NCBI GenBank assembly: GCA_963745235.1
Contig: CAVUXE010000049.1
Location: forward strand, 1 to 54,232
Direction of reading: 5' to 3'
From: an uncultured Spirochaetota bacterium
Lineage (GTDB): Bacteria; Spirochaetota; Spirochaetia; SZUA-6; Fen-1364
DNA: 54,232 nucleotides
Notes under the pieces: generated by a model
Databases searched by the model: none
What the model was told of the DNA's origin: nothing
Seen by the model: the letters and a program-made list of their open reading frames with translations, nothing else
Position numbers and translations under genes: made by a program
Shown here: one piece after another, positions 52,251 through 54,232 of the stretch
Layout of the letters: each line of letters opens with the position of its first letter
How positions within the stretch are numbered: position 1 is the first letter of the stretch

Positions 52251-54224
52251 GCAAGTTTTCGTAATTCCTTCTTTTACTTCTCTCAGTCCCTGCAATAACT
52301 GGTGCCTTATCCTTCAACTGTATCTAAACCTTTTCAAATCCTCAAATTTTGAATAGGAATCCCTGTTTAATGGGATCAAATTCAACAATTGAATGCAAAA
52401 ATATACGAAAAATGATGAGCCTCAAGTGTAGCACCAGAATTCATTAATTGAATCAAGAATTGGGTGGATAATCTTGATATTTCAAAGTACAGTCCAATAA
52501 TTTATAAATATTAACAGTTTGAAATAAATTATCACTGGTTCCAACAATCTCCAGCAATTCTTTCAATTCATACAGCAAAGCTTCTCAACAACTGAATCAA
52601 ATAATACTTCAGTTGCTTGTTTGGGAATAGTTTCCAAATTCTTGAATAATTCCAAACAAACTTTCACATTTTTATCAAAAAATTCCAGATAAAAATTAAC
52701 TGCCTTATAAATAAAATAAATTAAAATCAACCTGCACCAGACAGCCTTGTTGTATTAATTTTAGAAGTAAGTTTTAGCACAATATTAAATTTCCCATTTG
52801 AATAAAATGGCTAATGATCATCTTCACTGAATCTGAATCCAATTCAATGTTATAATACTTGTACTTGTCCAGGACTTTTTTTAACGAGTTCCGAGAGAAC
52901 AAAATCAGATTGAAATGGATATTGCGTACTCAACAGGCTGATATGGTTTCCATAATTCATTTCCAAATGTTGTAAAGTACAACTTAATAAAATTTGTTCC
53001 AGATGGTCCCTTTCCACTGCAATGTGATTAGATATTTGGGCAGGAGAAAAGAAAAGAGAAAATTCAACATCCTTTTCTTGCTCACAGCTATTCAACACAA
53101 GCTCAATTTGGTTAGAATTAAGTGTAAATTCGGCCCTACCCTCGAAGGCGACAGCGGAGTGTTCACCCTTTCTTTCAAGGGCAAACGGCTCGGTAGGTGG
53201 CCTCACCTTAAACCGGCGCCTGCGACATCACGTTACCGGATATCGCCGCCCCGCTAGAGGCTTGACGACGACCGAGCCGGGACTACCCTGCCTTCACGAG
53301 GGGCGCTGTTTCCAAGAAACAACGCAACGGTGACGGAGGGCGCGACGGGGAGGAAGCTCGCCGCCAGCGAAGCGGTGGGGGAGGGACACCTGGGCGCCGC
53401 CAATCACCGCCTGGACCTCGGCGACGACCTGAGGCGGAGCCGAATCGCGCCCCCTTAGACAATGCATCAGGCCACGTGTAGAGAAAGCCCTGGCGCGGCG
53501 CGGGGGCTCGGCAACGGGCGTCCACGGGAACAGAGATCATGAAGGAATCCTCTTCGGGGGAAGCCTCTCGGATCTCGAACGTCCCGGCCATCGAAGGCTT
53601 GGAAGGCAGCGTTTTCACCAGAAGACAAGCCAGCCGACCGGTGTCCTCAGGCTAGACGCGTGTGATCCTAGACAACTGACGGCTGCGAAAGGAAGACCCG
53701 TACGGTCGATGAGAATGACTCTACCAGCGCGACTGTCTCGGAGGCGGAGATTGCATCTATCACGGTACCCGAGGCCTCGCGGAGAGCCAGGAAAGCGAGC
53801 CTTTCCTCAGCCATAAATAACATCCGCCCCGTCGGGGTGCGCCTGCTTTCAAGGTTTCCCGGGCAGCTCGGATTGCATCCAGGACCTCCGCCAGGGGTAG
53901 CTTGGCCGAACAAACCGGAGTCGAACCCACCAAGGGCCTTTCCCTTCGGCAAGGTCTATTGCGTCCAGCTCGGCCGGAAGCGCGCCGGGCGCCAGGCCCC
54001 GTCGGTCGGGTCCCGACTCCGCCGGGAATGGAGATGTTGATGCCATCGAATACGCTCGTCTCCGAAGGCTGCGTCTTAGCGGGTCGAGTCCAGCAGGACG
54101 AGGTCCTCCTCGGGTAACTCTTCCAGGGTCCCCTGGGCCTGTCACTTGTGCTGGCTTCGTCCCTTCACGGCTATCTCGGCATAGGTGCGGCCGAGCAACG
54201 GATCAAAGTCACAGGTCTGCACGT
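52251..54224 (-). repeat. Noisy reverse-complement copy of 50155..52229 (fold-back artefact)
   Basis: ...ggaattacgaaaacttgc [21-nt loop] gcaagttttcgtaattcc.... Minus-strand ORFs 52850-54145 are corrupted copies of the PIG-L and AT-rich sequence. Confidence 0.95.
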
Positions 54225-54232
54225 AGCAATGT

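Overview
This is a GC-rich bacterial genomic segment, probably Spirochaetia. That assignment is inferred from the 'FAGGxQE' signal on the solute-binding protein, a stand-alone RRM protein and the style of the giant surface protein. It appears to come from an under-polished long-read assembly: many genes carry 1-nt frameshifts. From left to right: (1) the 5' ~7.1 kb of a giant secreted beta-strand-repeat protein (minus strand, runs off the left edge) with near-identical 588-bp repeats that encode no charged residue; (2) two paralogous repeat lipoproteins; (3) a nucleoside hydrolase; (4) a metal(loid)-methylation locus, hgcC-like/arsM converging on MFS/hgcA-like, where HgcA has a non-canonical cap helix (NVWCAAAEG), no hgcB is adjacent, and a perfect 20-bp palindrome follows the hgcC promoter; (5) a 2-hydroxyacid dehydrogenase, DUF72 and LOG; (6) argR-argC-argB-argD-argG; (7) an RRM protein, lnt and tRNA-Pro(GGG); (8) an IS256 relic; (9) a 10-gene DegT/Gfo/ROK/sugar-ABC/ABC-2 operon; (10) an accessory region with gene debris; (11) a stressosome operon (rsbR-S-T-X) wired to an RsbU_N-histidine kinase, plus two convergent paralogous response regulators; (12) PAS-GGDEF, ankyrin, SDR and PIG-L genes. 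The last ~2.9 kb is very likely artefactual: an AT-rich foreign fragment joined into the PIG-L gene, followed by a noisy reverse-complement fold-back of 50155-52229. All family calls come from motif recognition by eye; no searches were run.
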